From an uncultured Gammaproteobacteria bacterium (lineage in GTDB: Bacteria; Patescibacteriota; Microgenomatia; UBA12405), in contig CAZIZX010000002.1 of NCBI GenBank assembly GCA_964544275.1, positions 96,100-160,099 of the forward strand: a DNA stretch of 64,000 nt, given 5' to 3'. The notes beneath the pieces were generated by a model. The model saw only the letters and a list, made by a program, of their open reading frames with translations. It ran no database searches and was not told where the DNA came from. Below, in pieces: positions 1-8,829 of this stretch (within the stretch, counting starts at the first letter, position 1; each line of letters begins with the position of its first letter). The position numbers and the translations under genes were made by a program.

Positions 1-132
1 GTAGGTAATCCAAAAAAATTTAATGAGGTTTGTTTGGATTCAATCAAGCTGGAGGCTTCAAGAAACAGGCAGAGTTTGCCAAAGGTGTTGGAAAGGGTAA
101 GGCGGGAAATAAAAGGCCTACCGAAAGGGTGA
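1..132 (+). CDS. 3' end of an unidentified CDS running in from the left edge
   Basis: Frame 1 is open from base 1 (VGNPKKFNEVCLDSIKLE...KGLPKG) to TGA at 130-132. Confidence 0.5.
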   Translation, partial: VGNPKKFNEVCLDSIKLEASRNRQSLPKVLERVRREIKGLPKG

Positions 133-269
133 CTTCAATAGTGGCTTTTCCACGCTAAAAAAACGTGGCGGAGGACTATTTTCAGAGCCTAGACTCTAAA
201 AAACGCGACCTCCATACAAGAAGGGTAGCTAGAAAAAACACCTTCTTAAAGATCCCCTTAAGGTAGGTT
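116..269 (-). ncRNA. Structured ~155-nt RNA, 6S RNA-like candidate
   Basis: Ends pair (CCTACC/GGTAGG, AAGGG/CCCTT, CTTTAA/TTGAAG); apical stem GGAGG/CCTCC plus TTTTAGAG/CTCTGAAAA; two side hairpins in the centre. G-U pairs favour the minus strand. An extended -10 (TGcTATAAT, 276-284, minus) lies just upstream. Confidence 0.5.
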
Positions 270-370
270 GAGATAATTATAGCATTGGAAAAAGTTTTGA
301 ATTGCAAGAATAAGGTAAGAGTATTAGTTTCGGGCTATTGTTTTGAGGTGAAAAAAGATAAAATGAGAAT

Positions 371-613
371 ATGCCTAAAAAAATTAATAAAGAAATGTTG
401 ATTGGGGAGATTATCGAGAAACACCCGGAGTTAATTGAGGTATTGATGGACGATTACGGGTTTCATTGTGTGGGTTGTTTTGCGGCGGGAATGGAAACGC
501 TGGAGCAGGGAGCTGAGGTCCATGACATGACGTCAGAGGAGATAGATAAAATGGTGATGGCTTTGAACGGAATACTGGAGGGTGTAAAAAAAGAAAAAGT
601 CAGGAGTGGGTAA
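371..613 (+). CDS. DUF1858 / hybrid-cluster-associated redox disulfide domain protein
   Basis: I..EM.IGEII..HPE...V....GFHCVGC......TLEQGA..H pattern. Confidence 0.8.
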   Translation: MPKKINKEMLIGEIIEKHPELIEVLMDDYGFHCVGCFAAGMETLEQGAEVHDMTSEEIDKMVMALNGILEGVKKEKVRSG

Positions 614-812
614 GCGGGCGGATTTTGGGACAATCAGCAGTATGGGTGCAGCTGGGTTCGGTGTGGTTGTTTTCGGCACAAGACACGGCTAGGGCTAGGG
701 TGTCGGCGAGTTTGGCGACGATGTAGTTGGGAGTAAACCCGTCGAAACGATTCATTATGGCCTTAACATAGAGGCACTGAGAAGGCGGGATGGGAATGAT
801 CTCGTGAGTCAT
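600..812 (-). CDS. Small hypothetical Cys/His-containing protein
   Basis: 70-aa ORF filling the gap; extended -10 (TGcTACCAT) 6 nt before ATG. Confidence 0.55.
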   Translation of the reverse strand: MTHEIIPIPPSQCLYVKAIMNRFDGFTPNYIVAKLADTLALAVSCAENNHTEPSCTHTADCPKIRPLTHS

Positions 813-833
813 TAAAAAATGGTAGCATGATTT

Positions 834-1421
834 TTAGGGGAGAAGGAGGTTGAGGACGGTCTGGATGGCGGGAGACAAGATCAGCCCGACAATATTTGAA
901 CCGGCAATGGGAAAAAAGAGAACGACGATTAAGAGGATTGGGCCATAACGAGTGAGGCTGTCTTCCCATTCGAGGGAGGAGTCGATAGGAAGCAGGTTAA
1001 AAAGGATTTTGGAGCCATCCAGGGGAGGGATGGGGAGAAGATTGAAAAGGGCCAAAGAAATGTTGATGGCAACTAGGAAATATAAGGGGACCAAATAGAG
1101 AGATAGAAGTCGAATAAGAAGTGAAATAATCAGGGCGAGAATTAGATTGCTGGCCGGACCGGCCAGGGAAATCAGGAGTTCGTCGCGGCGGGGGTTTTTG
1201 AGATTATAAGGATCGATGGGGACAGGTTTGCCCCAGCCGAAACGGGCAAAAAAAATCATGATGGTGCCGATGGGGTCAAGGTGGCGGAGGGGATTGAGGC
1301 TGACACGGCCGTAAGATCTGGGGGTGGGATCACCTAGTTTGTCGGCAACAAAGGCGTGAGAAAACTCATGGACGGTGATGGCTATTGCCAGGGCCAGTAA
1401 AGATATGATTGCGTTTTCCAT
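834..1421 (-). CDS. Site-2 protease family (M50) membrane metalloprotease
   Basis: HEFSH, SLAGPASN and FNLLPIPPLDG motifs. Confidence 0.92.
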   Translation of the reverse strand: MENAIISLLALAIAITVHEFSHAFVADKLGDPTPRSYGRVSLNPLRHLDPIGTIMIFFARFGWGKPVPIDPYNLKNPRRDELLISLAGPASNLILALIISLLIRLLSLYLVPLYFLVAINISLALFNLLPIPPLDGSKILFNLLPIDSSLEWEDSLTRYGPILLIVVLFFPIAGSNIVGLILSPAIQTVLNLLLP

Positions 1422-1458
1422 GTTTCAAAAATGTGGGACTAATGTTATAGTATACCCC

Positions 1459-1665
1459 ATGAGAAGATGTAGTTTATGCGGAAAAGGAACCGTTATCAGT
1501 CGAAACCGGTCTCATGCCCAAAATAGAACACCAAAAGCTTACAAGGCTAATATTCAAAAAGTAAGCTTGGATTTGGCCGGAGAGAAAATTGGCGGTTATT
1601 TTTGTACCAAGTGTATCAAAAGATTAAAGAAAGAGGTAAAAGATTCACTGCCAGTTAAGGAGTGA
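1459..1665 (+). CDS. rpmB: 50S ribosomal protein L28
   Basis: MRRCSLCGKG...NRSHAQNRT...ANIQ...CTKCIK; start moved to ATG 1459. Confidence 0.92.
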   Translation: MRRCSLCGKGTVISRNRSHAQNRTPKAYKANIQKVSLDLAGEKIGGYFCTKCIKRLKKEVKDSLPVKE

Positions 1666-2518
1666 TGCGGTAATAATTTTTGATTTGGTCCCAGGATGTG
1701 GGTTTTTTACCTTGGATTTGGACTTGATCGGGGATAAATTGGTTATCCTTGACTTTACCTGAGAATATTTTCACGGTCATTTTCACGTTATCCCGAGTTT
1801 TTATGTCAGTCCAGGCTATCGGCCAGGGTTGCATGGCACGGACGAAACGTTCAATTTTTTGGGGCTGCCAGGACCAGTCTATTTTGGCTGTATCTTTGGT
1901 GAATTTGGGAAAATAGCTTCTCTGGTGGTGATCCTGTGGGATTAGCTTGTTGGGGTTTTTAATATAGGATTTGAGAGTATTTTCCAGATTGGAGGCAGCC
2001 AAATCAAAGGCTTTTTGGTAGAAAGAACGGGTGGTTTCGGTGGGTAAGATGGGAAAGGGTATTTGGGCAATTATCGGTCCGTGGTCGGGTTTTTCATCAA
2101 TTTGAAAAAAGGTGACGGCACTTTCAGTTTCACCGTTAATAACTTGCCAGGGGCCGGGGGTGGCACCGCGATATTTGGGTAGAGGTGAGGGGTGGATATT
2201 GACAACTTTGTATTGGGGGATATTAATCATTTCCAGAGTAAAGTAAGGCGGACCATAAGCGACAATTAGTCCTAAGTCGGGCTTGAGTTTTTGGTATTGA
2301 GTAATAAATTTATTATTAAAGTCGAGAGGTTGGAGGAGAGGGAGGTGGTGTTGGCGGGCGAATTGGGATACCGGATTGGGTTGGACTTGTTGTTGGCGAC
2401 CGATGGGCTTGTCGGTTTTGCTGACAACGGTAATTACCCGGAAATCAGGAACTTTGAGTAAAGATTGTAAAATGGTGACTGAGTAGGGTGAAGAGCCAAA
2501 AAATATTATCCGATACAC
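1655..2518 (-). CDS. fmt: Methionyl-tRNA formyltransferase
   Basis: IIFFGS, VAYG, NIHPSPLPKYRGATP, PWPIAW. Confidence 0.93.
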   Translation of the reverse strand: MYRIIFFGSSPYSVTILQSLLKVPDFRVITVVSKTDKPIGRQQQVQPNPVSQFARQHHLPLLQPLDFNNKFITQYQKLKPDLGLIVAYGPPYFTLEMINIPQYKVVNIHPSPLPKYRGATPGPWQVINGETESAVTFFQIDEKPDHGPIIAQIPFPILPTETTRSFYQKAFDLAASNLENTLKSYIKNPNKLIPQDHHQRSYFPKFTKDTAKIDWSWQPQKIERFVRAMQPWPIAWTDIKTRDNVKMTVKIFSGKVKDNQFIPDQVQIQGKKPTSWDQIKNYYRITP

Positions 2519-2538
2519 AATCAGATTATAACTTAAAT

Positions 2539-3135
2539 ATGAGTAAATTTGATAAAATAAGAACTATGAAAGATATTGTGGTGTACCCGAATAAAGTATT
2601 GCGGCTGAAAACCAAAGAAATCAAGAAAGTTGACAGCGGTCTTTTGACAGATATTAACAGTTTGACAAAAGTCCTGGAAAAAAGTGAAAACGGGGCCGGG
2701 CTGGCAGCCCCGCAGGTGGGGATGAGAAGAAGAATTTTTGCCAGAAAGGAGTTGAAATCAGGTAAAGTGATGGTGTTTGTAAATCCAAAGATAGAAAAGG
2801 TCTATGGGGTGAAAGATTATGTAAATATCATTAGTAAAGAGGTGTCGGGAGAGGAAAAGCAGGATAATTTTTTGGAAGGATGCCTGTCTTTTCCAGGGTA
2901 TTTTGGAATGGTCAAAAGACATATGAAAATTGAGGTATGGTGGCAGGAAATTGAAAAGGGGAAATTAGTTGAAAAGAGTGGTCTATTATTGGGGTTTGAA
3001 GCGGTGGTGTTTCAGCACGAGTTGGACCATTTGGACGGAATTTTGTTTGTGGACCATGTAAAGGCAGACGGAGGGAAATTTTACAAGGAAGTCGGGGGAA
3101 AACTAATCGAGTGGGATATTAACGAGTTGGTTTAG
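2539..3135 (+). CDS. def: Peptide deformylase
   Basis: GAGLAAPQVG, EGCLS, QHELDHLDG; start ATG 2539. Confidence 0.95.
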   Translation: MSKFDKIRTMKDIVVYPNKVLRLKTKEIKKVDSGLLTDINSLTKVLEKSENGAGLAAPQVGMRRRIFARKELKSGKVMVFVNPKIEKVYGVKDYVNIISKEVSGEEKQDNFLEGCLSFPGYFGMVKRHMKIEVWWQEIEKGKLVEKSGLLLGFEAVVFQHELDHLDGILFVDHVKADGGKFYKEVGGKLIEWDINELV

Positions 3136-5073
3136 CAGTTCTGAAGCCTGGGTATTGGCGGGGGCGAATTTGAGGGTTAATTCCAAATTTTTGATGGCAT
3201 CGGGGATATTTTGTTGTTGGTAGTAAATTTGGGCCAGATTGAAGTAGGCGTGGTCGTAGTTGGGTTTGAGAATGATAGCTTGTTGGTAGTAGGAGATGGC
3301 CTGGTCTTTCTGGTCGACAGAGTCGAGGAACTTGCCCAGAAGATAGAAAGTTTTGGCGTCGGTGGGAGCCAGGTGGGAAACGCGAAGAAGAGAATCGATG
3401 CTTTGAAGGAAGTGTTGGGTGTCAATCGAAGACAGGTAATAAAAGACCTGGGCTCTTTCTTTCCAGAAGCTGGTATTGGCAGGAGAGAGAGTGATGGAAA
3501 TATCGGAGTGGTGAATGGCCTGATTTAAATAATACTGTTTTTTTTCGGTTTCGGGTTGAGTGATGGCCAGTTTGGCTGCCAAAGATGAGATTTTGCTATG
3601 GTAAAGTGGTTCGTTTTTGTAATTGAGGCTGCGAGTTAGCTGGTCGTAGGCAGCAGAGTAATTGTTCTGGGAGTCAAGCGTTTGGGATTGGGCATAGGTG
3701 ATATCGGCTAAATAGGAAAAAAGAATCTGGCGACTGAGTATCAGCAGTAGAAGGAAGGGTAGGTAGGTAGGTAAACGTTTGGGTTTGGTTGGTGAATAAG
3801 CGGGGGGGGTGGTGACTAGAGTAGGTAGCAAGAAGAAAAAAAGAGAAGTAATCACTACGGAAAATCCGGCAAAGTTAGTAATTAAAAGACTGATGAAGGC
3901 CGAAAAGGCGGGAAGAGCGTGGGGCAAGTTGGGTTTGGATAAATTTTTGAAGAGGAAAAAAATTATAGCTAAAATTAAAACAGCGTAACTTAATAAGCCA
4001 AAAGTTCCGGTGGTGGCCAGGTGATTTAGGTATTCGTTATGAGCTTTGTTGTAGAGGAAATCCCATTCCGAGGTAAGGTTGTGAGATGGTGGGCGGGTCC
4101 AGTAATATGAATAAGCAAATGTTTCGGTGCCGGTACCAAAATAGGGGAATTGACGCCAAAGATCCAGGGCACCTTGCCAGACGATTTGGCGGATGTCTTC
4201 GGATGGGGTGATATTGATATTGGAGTCAACCGGGGGTTGGGTTGGGGGTGGACTTTCCGGGAAGAGGTAATCATGGATGGGATTTTTGACAAGAAGGGAG
4301 AGGACCAAGATGAGCAGGATAGGGAAGAAAATGATGGGTTTGAATTTTTGGAGGCGAATTTGGCGGAGGGTGAAAATTAAGAAAAAAATGGAAAGAGAAA
4401 TAACGGCGGCGATAATTCCGGATTTGGATTTGGTAAAGAGGAGACTTAGATAAAAAGAGGCGGTGAGTAGAAGGAAATAGAAACGATGGAAGAGATGGGG
4501 TGAAGAGAAAAATTTGGACAGGGAAAAGGGAAGGAGAAGACAAAGATAAGCAGCCAACCAGTTGGGTTGACCTAAGGTAGAGAAAACCCGAGTTTGGACA
4601 TCCTGGACCCAGAGGTGTTTGTCGATGCCAAAATGTTGGAGAATGCCAAAAACGGAGACTAGTAAGCCGGAGAATAGAAAAATGTTGACGATTTTTTGTT
4701 TGAAATCGTGGTCGAAATAAATTTGAGCAATAAAAAAGAGGGTGCTAAAGGATAAAAGCGATAGAAGTCCGCCGTTGAGTCGGGAATAGTAGCCATAGAT
4801 TGAAGTGTGGAGGTCAATTGAAAGGACGGTGGAAATGACTTGGGAAAGAAGGAAAAGCAGGAGGGGGAAATTTAAAAAGGATTTTTGGACGAGAGGATAC
4901 CGACGGTTGAGGACATTAATCAGATGAAGGGAAAGAATGACGGATGTCAAAAGGTAGACGAAGTGCATTTTGGGGAGTTCGAAGAGTTCAGAATTTTGGG
5001 AAGCGAAAATCAACGGGGTGAAAAGAAAAAGCAGAAGGAAGGAAATTTTTATGAGCCGGGTGGTCTTTTCCAT
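3103..5073 (-). CDS. O-antigen ligase (Wzy_C) family membrane protein with C-terminal TPR repeats; possible pilin glycosylation ligase
   Basis: STLGQPNWLAAY, TKSKSG, GTGTETF, KAHNEYL; many TM helices; TPR tail. Confidence 0.85.
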   Translation of the reverse strand: MEKTTRLIKISFLLLFLFTPLIFASQNSELFELPKMHFVYLLTSVILSLHLINVLNRRYPLVQKSFLNFPLLLFLLSQVISTVLSIDLHTSIYGYYSRLNGGLLSLLSFSTLFFIAQIYFDHDFKQKIVNIFLFSGLLVSVFGILQHFGIDKHLWVQDVQTRVFSTLGQPNWLAAYLCLLLPFSLSKFFSSPHLFHRFYFLLLTASFYLSLLFTKSKSGIIAAVISLSIFFLIFTLRQIRLQKFKPIIFFPILLILVLSLLVKNPIHDYLFPESPPPTQPPVDSNINITPSEDIRQIVWQGALDLWRQFPYFGTGTETFAYSYYWTRPPSHNLTSEWDFLYNKAHNEYLNHLATTGTFGLLSYAVLILAIIFFLFKNLSKPNLPHALPAFSAFISLLITNFAGFSVVITSLFFFLLPTLVTTPPAYSPTKPKRLPTYLPFLLLLILSRQILFSYLADITYAQSQTLDSQNNYSAAYDQLTRSLNYKNEPLYHSKISSLAAKLAITQPETEKKQYYLNQAIHHSDISITLSPANTSFWKERAQVFYYLSSIDTQHFLQSIDSLLRVSHLAPTDAKTFYLLGKFLDSVDQKDQAISYYQQAIILKPNYDHAYFNLAQIYYQQQNIPDAIKNLELTLKFAPANTQASELLNQLVNIPLD

Positions 5074-5111
5074 AAGGAATAGTATACCTTGCATTTTGTT
5101 ATACTTTTAGA

Positions 5112-6227
5112 GTGATTAGCCTATCTTTGACAGGAAATAAAATTGGAAATGTATTGGCGCTTTTGAGTTGGGATATTGGAGTAGATTTGGGTAGCAGCAA
5201 TGTTTTGGTTTATTTAAAAGACAGGGGGGTGGTAATTGACGAACCTTCAGTCGTTGCTAGGCAAAAAAAGAAAAGATGGACTGGGTTGTCGGCGCCGAAG
5301 AGGGGCTATGTGGGTCCAATTGCTTTTGGGTTTAAAGCCAAAGAGATGATTAACCGGGAGCCGGGGCGAATTGAAGTAGTGAGACCATTGGTTGACGGAA
5401 TTATTAACGACATGGAAGCGGCGGAAATGATGATCAGTTATTATCTGAAGTTGTTGTATGAAATTCCGAGTAAGGGGATAAAGATATTTAAACCAAGAGT
5501 GGTGGTGGGTGTCCCCAGTTTTATTAGTAATGTTCAAAAGAGAGCGGTGAAGTCAATTTTTATGAAATCAGGGGTAAGCGAAGTGGTGTTGATTGAGGAG
5601 GCGGTGTTGGCGGCGGTAGGGTTGGGTTTGGCAAGCGATAAATCAAACGGATTAGTAATCGTGGATGTGGGTGGAGGAAAGACGGAGGTGACGGTGGTGT
5701 CGATGGGAGGTATTGTTTTGGGAAAGTCGGTCAGGGTGGCAGGGGAAGACTTTGATGAGGCAATTGCCAATTATATAAAAATGAAATATGGACTTTTGAT
5801 AGGTAAGAACAGTGCCGAAAGAATTAAGATTGAGTTGGGAAATGTATCCGAAGATTTGGGGGACAAAGAAAAAAGTTCGATAGTCAGGGGCAGGGATTTG
5901 GAATCAGGATTGCCTAAATCTATCAAATTGAAGGAGAGTGAAATTCGGGAGGCCTTGAGTTTGGAAGTGGGGAAGATTGTTCGAGTGGTGGCTGAAGTAC
6001 TGGATGAGACTCCACCAGATATGATGGAGGACATTTTGAGACGGGGGATAGTGATGGTTGGGAACGGCTCGTTGATGAAGGGACTGGATGGTTTGATCGA
6101 GAAGAAAACAAAAATCAGTACCAGGGTGGCAGATGATCCTGGAACTTGCGTTATTCGAGGCTGCGGTGAATTATTGCAAAACAGATCGCTTTTTGATCGA
6201 ATAAAATTAGTTTCGGGGTTGGGCTAA
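5112..6227 (+). CDS. mreB: Rod shape-determining protein MreB (start uncertain)
   Basis: GVDLGS, EPSVVA, VDVGGGKTEV, AGEDFDEAI, GRDLESGLP. Confidence 0.9.
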   Translation: MISLSLTGNKIGNVLALLSWDIGVDLGSSNVLVYLKDRGVVIDEPSVVARQKKKRWTGLSAPKRGYVGPIAFGFKAKEMINREPGRIEVVRPLVDGIINDMEAAEMMISYYLKLLYEIPSKGIKIFKPRVVVGVPSFISNVQKRAVKSIFMKSGVSEVVLIEEAVLAAVGLGLASDKSNGLVIVDVGGGKTEVTVVSMGGIVLGKSVRVAGEDFDEAIANYIKMKYGLLIGKNSAERIKIELGNVSEDLGDKEKSSIVRGRDLESGLPKSIKLKESEIREALSLEVGKIVRVVAEVLDETPPDMMEDILRRGIVMVGNGSLMKGLDGLIEKKTKISTRVADDPGTCVIRGCGELLQNRSLFDRIKLVSGLG

Positions 6228-7894
6228 TGAAAGAAGAACTAATTTCGTGGAAATATTGGTGCATTAGAGTGATACTTTTTTTGAGCTTTGGTTTATTGCT
6301 GGTGGCAATTTTCCGGTTAATGATAATCAGGGGTAAATATTATCAGAGTTTGGCCAGGGAAAATAAGGTTTATGAGACTTTGATACCGGCGGGCAGAGGC
6401 AAGATATTGGATCGGAAAGGCAGAGTGGTGGCTGAAAGTATTTATCAGTACTTCAGAATGGATGGAGAAGAGAAGGTTTATGAAGAAGGAGGCGAGTTTG
6501 AGGGATACAAGTTTGAAGGAAAAGATTTGGCTTATGATTTGAAAAGACAGTACCCGTATGGTGAGGCAACGGCGTTTGTCAGTGGATATGTGAGCAAGGC
6601 TGATAGTAAAGACATTGAGAATGACAGGTGTGGAATAAAAATTGGTCCGAATGATAATTTGGGACGAGGGGGGGTAGAGGAGTATTTTGATTGTGAATTG
6701 AGAGGTAGTGATGGCAGGAGGTTGATTGAAGTAGATGCCAAGGGTAAATATGTTCGGGAATTAGGCAGACAGGAGCCGGTATTGGGTAAAAATTTAAATT
6801 TAACAATAGATGCGTATTGGCAGGAAAAAATTTATAAAATGGTGAAAGGTAAGAAAGTGGTGGTGATCTTGAGCCAACCGGATACCGGGCAGATTATATC
6901 GATGGTGTCGTCGCCCGCGTTTGATCCCAACGATTTTTCCTATATGAGGGATAGCGTGGCGATAAGTAATTATTTGAATGATCGGGATAATTTGCCATTG
7001 CTGAATCGGGCAATATCAGGGCGATACCATCCGGGTTCGGTATTCAAAATCGTGGTATCTACTGCCGGTTTGGAAAGTGGACTGGTTGGCAGGAATACTT
7101 TATTTGAAGATACCGGAGTGATAAAGATCGGAGATTATTCTTATAAAAACTGGTTGTGGACGAAGAGCGGTGCTACGGATGGAATGGTTGACATGGTAAA
7201 GGCGATAAGAAGGTCGAACGATATATATTTTTATAAATTAGGAGAGACGATTGGGCCAGATAGAATAAAAGAGTGGTCGAATAGATTTGGATACGGTACG
7301 AAAACCGGGGTGGAGTTGGTGGGTGAGTTGCCGGGCGTAGTTCCGGATGATCGATGGAAACAGGAGGTTAAAGGCGAGAGATGGTATTTGGGCAACACTT
7401 ATCATTTGTCGATTGGACAGGGAGATTTGGACGTGACGCCATTACAGGTGAACCAGATGACGAATATAATTGCCAACAAGGGTGTTTGGTGTAAAATGAC
7501 TTTGAATAAGGACAGAAAAGCAGAGTGTGAAGACCTGAAAATAAAAAGAGAAAACAGGGAGACAATAATTGAAGGGCTGGTTCGGGCTTGCGGAGAGGGG
7601 GGGACGGCTTGGCCACTTTTTAACTTTAAAACAGAAATTGCCTGCAAAACGGGAACAGCAGAGGTGGGTGACGGGAGCTGGGACACCCATGCCTGGTTGA
7701 CGGCTTATGCACCAGTTGATAACCCCGAAATTTCCATCACGGTAATGGTGGAAAGGGGTGGTGAGGGTTCGGATGTGGCGGCGCCGATCGTGGGGGATAT
7801 TTTAAAAGAGTGGTTTGATGAGTCGGAGACAATTGTTCCCCGATATGATGAAAGTGGAAAAGTTATATATGGTAGAGGGGAAACGGGTGAGTAA
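6227..7894 (+). CDS. mrdA: Penicillin-binding protein 2 (class B transpeptidase)
   Basis: N-terminal TM, GRGKILDR, PGSVFK (SxxK), SND (SxN-like), KTGTAE. Confidence 0.88.
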   Translation: MKEELISWKYWCIRVILFLSFGLLLVAIFRLMIIRGKYYQSLARENKVYETLIPAGRGKILDRKGRVVAESIYQYFRMDGEEKVYEEGGEFEGYKFEGKDLAYDLKRQYPYGEATAFVSGYVSKADSKDIENDRCGIKIGPNDNLGRGGVEEYFDCELRGSDGRRLIEVDAKGKYVRELGRQEPVLGKNLNLTIDAYWQEKIYKMVKGKKVVVILSQPDTGQIISMVSSPAFDPNDFSYMRDSVAISNYLNDRDNLPLLNRAISGRYHPGSVFKIVVSTAGLESGLVGRNTLFEDTGVIKIGDYSYKNWLWTKSGATDGMVDMVKAIRRSNDIYFYKLGETIGPDRIKEWSNRFGYGTKTGVELVGELPGVVPDDRWKQEVKGERWYLGNTYHLSIGQGDLDVTPLQVNQMTNIIANKGVWCKMTLNKDRKAECEDLKIKRENRETIIEGLVRACGEGGTAWPLFNFKTEIACKTGTAEVGDGSWDTHAWLTAYAPVDNPEISITVMVERGGEGSDVAAPIVGDILKEWFDESETIVPRYDESGKVIYGRGETGE

Positions 7895-8531
7895 TTTTGT
7901 CGGGGTTGAAATGAAAGGTTTCCCAGTTGGTTTGAGAGAGACAGTTGGAGGACTAAGAGGATTGTATTGTTTGGGAAATGCAGAATTACTAAAGAATATA
8001 AAAATGGTAGCGGTGGTGGGAAGCAGAAGTATGAGTGGGTACGGAAAAAGGGTGGTGAGAGAGTTGGTACCGGAGCTGGTGAAGGAGGGAATAATAATAG
8101 TGTCGGGAATGGCGTTTGGGATAGACGCGGAAGTACATAGGGTGTGTCTGGAAAATGAGGGAAAAACAGTGGCGGTGTTGGCCAGCGGGGTGGATATAAT
8201 CAGTCCCAAGGGAAACAGAGGAATTTATAATGAAATATTGAGTAAGGGAGGGTTGATAATATCTGAATACAAAGATGGAACAACTCCGGACAAGGTTAAA
8301 TTCCTCGAAAGAAATAGAATTGTGGCCGGGTTATCGAAGGCGGTGATGGTAGTTGAGGGTGGAAGAAAAAGTGGGACTCTGGTAACGGCCAGATTGGCTA
8401 GTGATTATGGTAAAGAGGTATGGGCGGTACCGGGAAGGATTGATGACGAAAATAGTTTTACGCCGAATTATTTGATTAAGAACGGGGCGGTACCAATTTG
8501 TGAAATTAATGATATGATAAGCCAGATATGA
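7887..8531 (+). CDS. dprA: DNA-processing protein DprA (Rossmann domain only)
   Basis: VAVVGSR, VSGMAFGIDA, FLERNRIVAGLS, SGTLVTA, VPG; probable GTG start at 7887. Confidence 0.9.
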   Translation: MSNFVGVEMKGFPVGLRETVGGLRGLYCLGNAELLKNIKMVAVVGSRSMSGYGKRVVRELVPELVKEGIIIVSGMAFGIDAEVHRVCLENEGKTVAVLASGVDIISPKGNRGIYNEILSKGGLIISEYKDGTTPDKVKFLERNRIVAGLSKAVMVVEGGRKSGTLVTARLASDYGKEVWAVPGRIDDENSFTPNYLIKNGAVPICEINDMISQI

Positions 8532-8797
8532 GGATTAAAGAAAAAGCTGAGCAATTATATGAAACCTGGAATATTTCCAGGATGATCGGTTCGAGGGAGA
8601 ACAGGGTGTTAATGATGGTTGGAGATGCCAATGGTGGAGGTGAGAGTCGGATTGAATTTAATGATCCGCATGAGCGGCCTTCTAGGGTAAGTGCTTTTAT
8701 CAGGGCGTGTACCGAAAGTGTGGCAGTGAAGATGTATGTTTTCGATAAAAGTGGCGATGAAATAAATGGGATGGAATTTGCGCCTAGGAAGTCTTGA
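8528..8797 (+). CDS. Hypothetical protein
   Basis: 89-aa ORF overlapping the dprA stop (ATGA). Confidence 0.55.
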   Translation: MRIKEKAEQLYETWNISRMIGSRENRVLMMVGDANGGGESRIEFNDPHERPSRVSAFIRACTESVAVKMYVFDKSGDEINGMEFAPRKS

Positions 8798-8829
8798 CAG
8801 CTTGACAGGGGTGTTAAGATAGTAGGACA

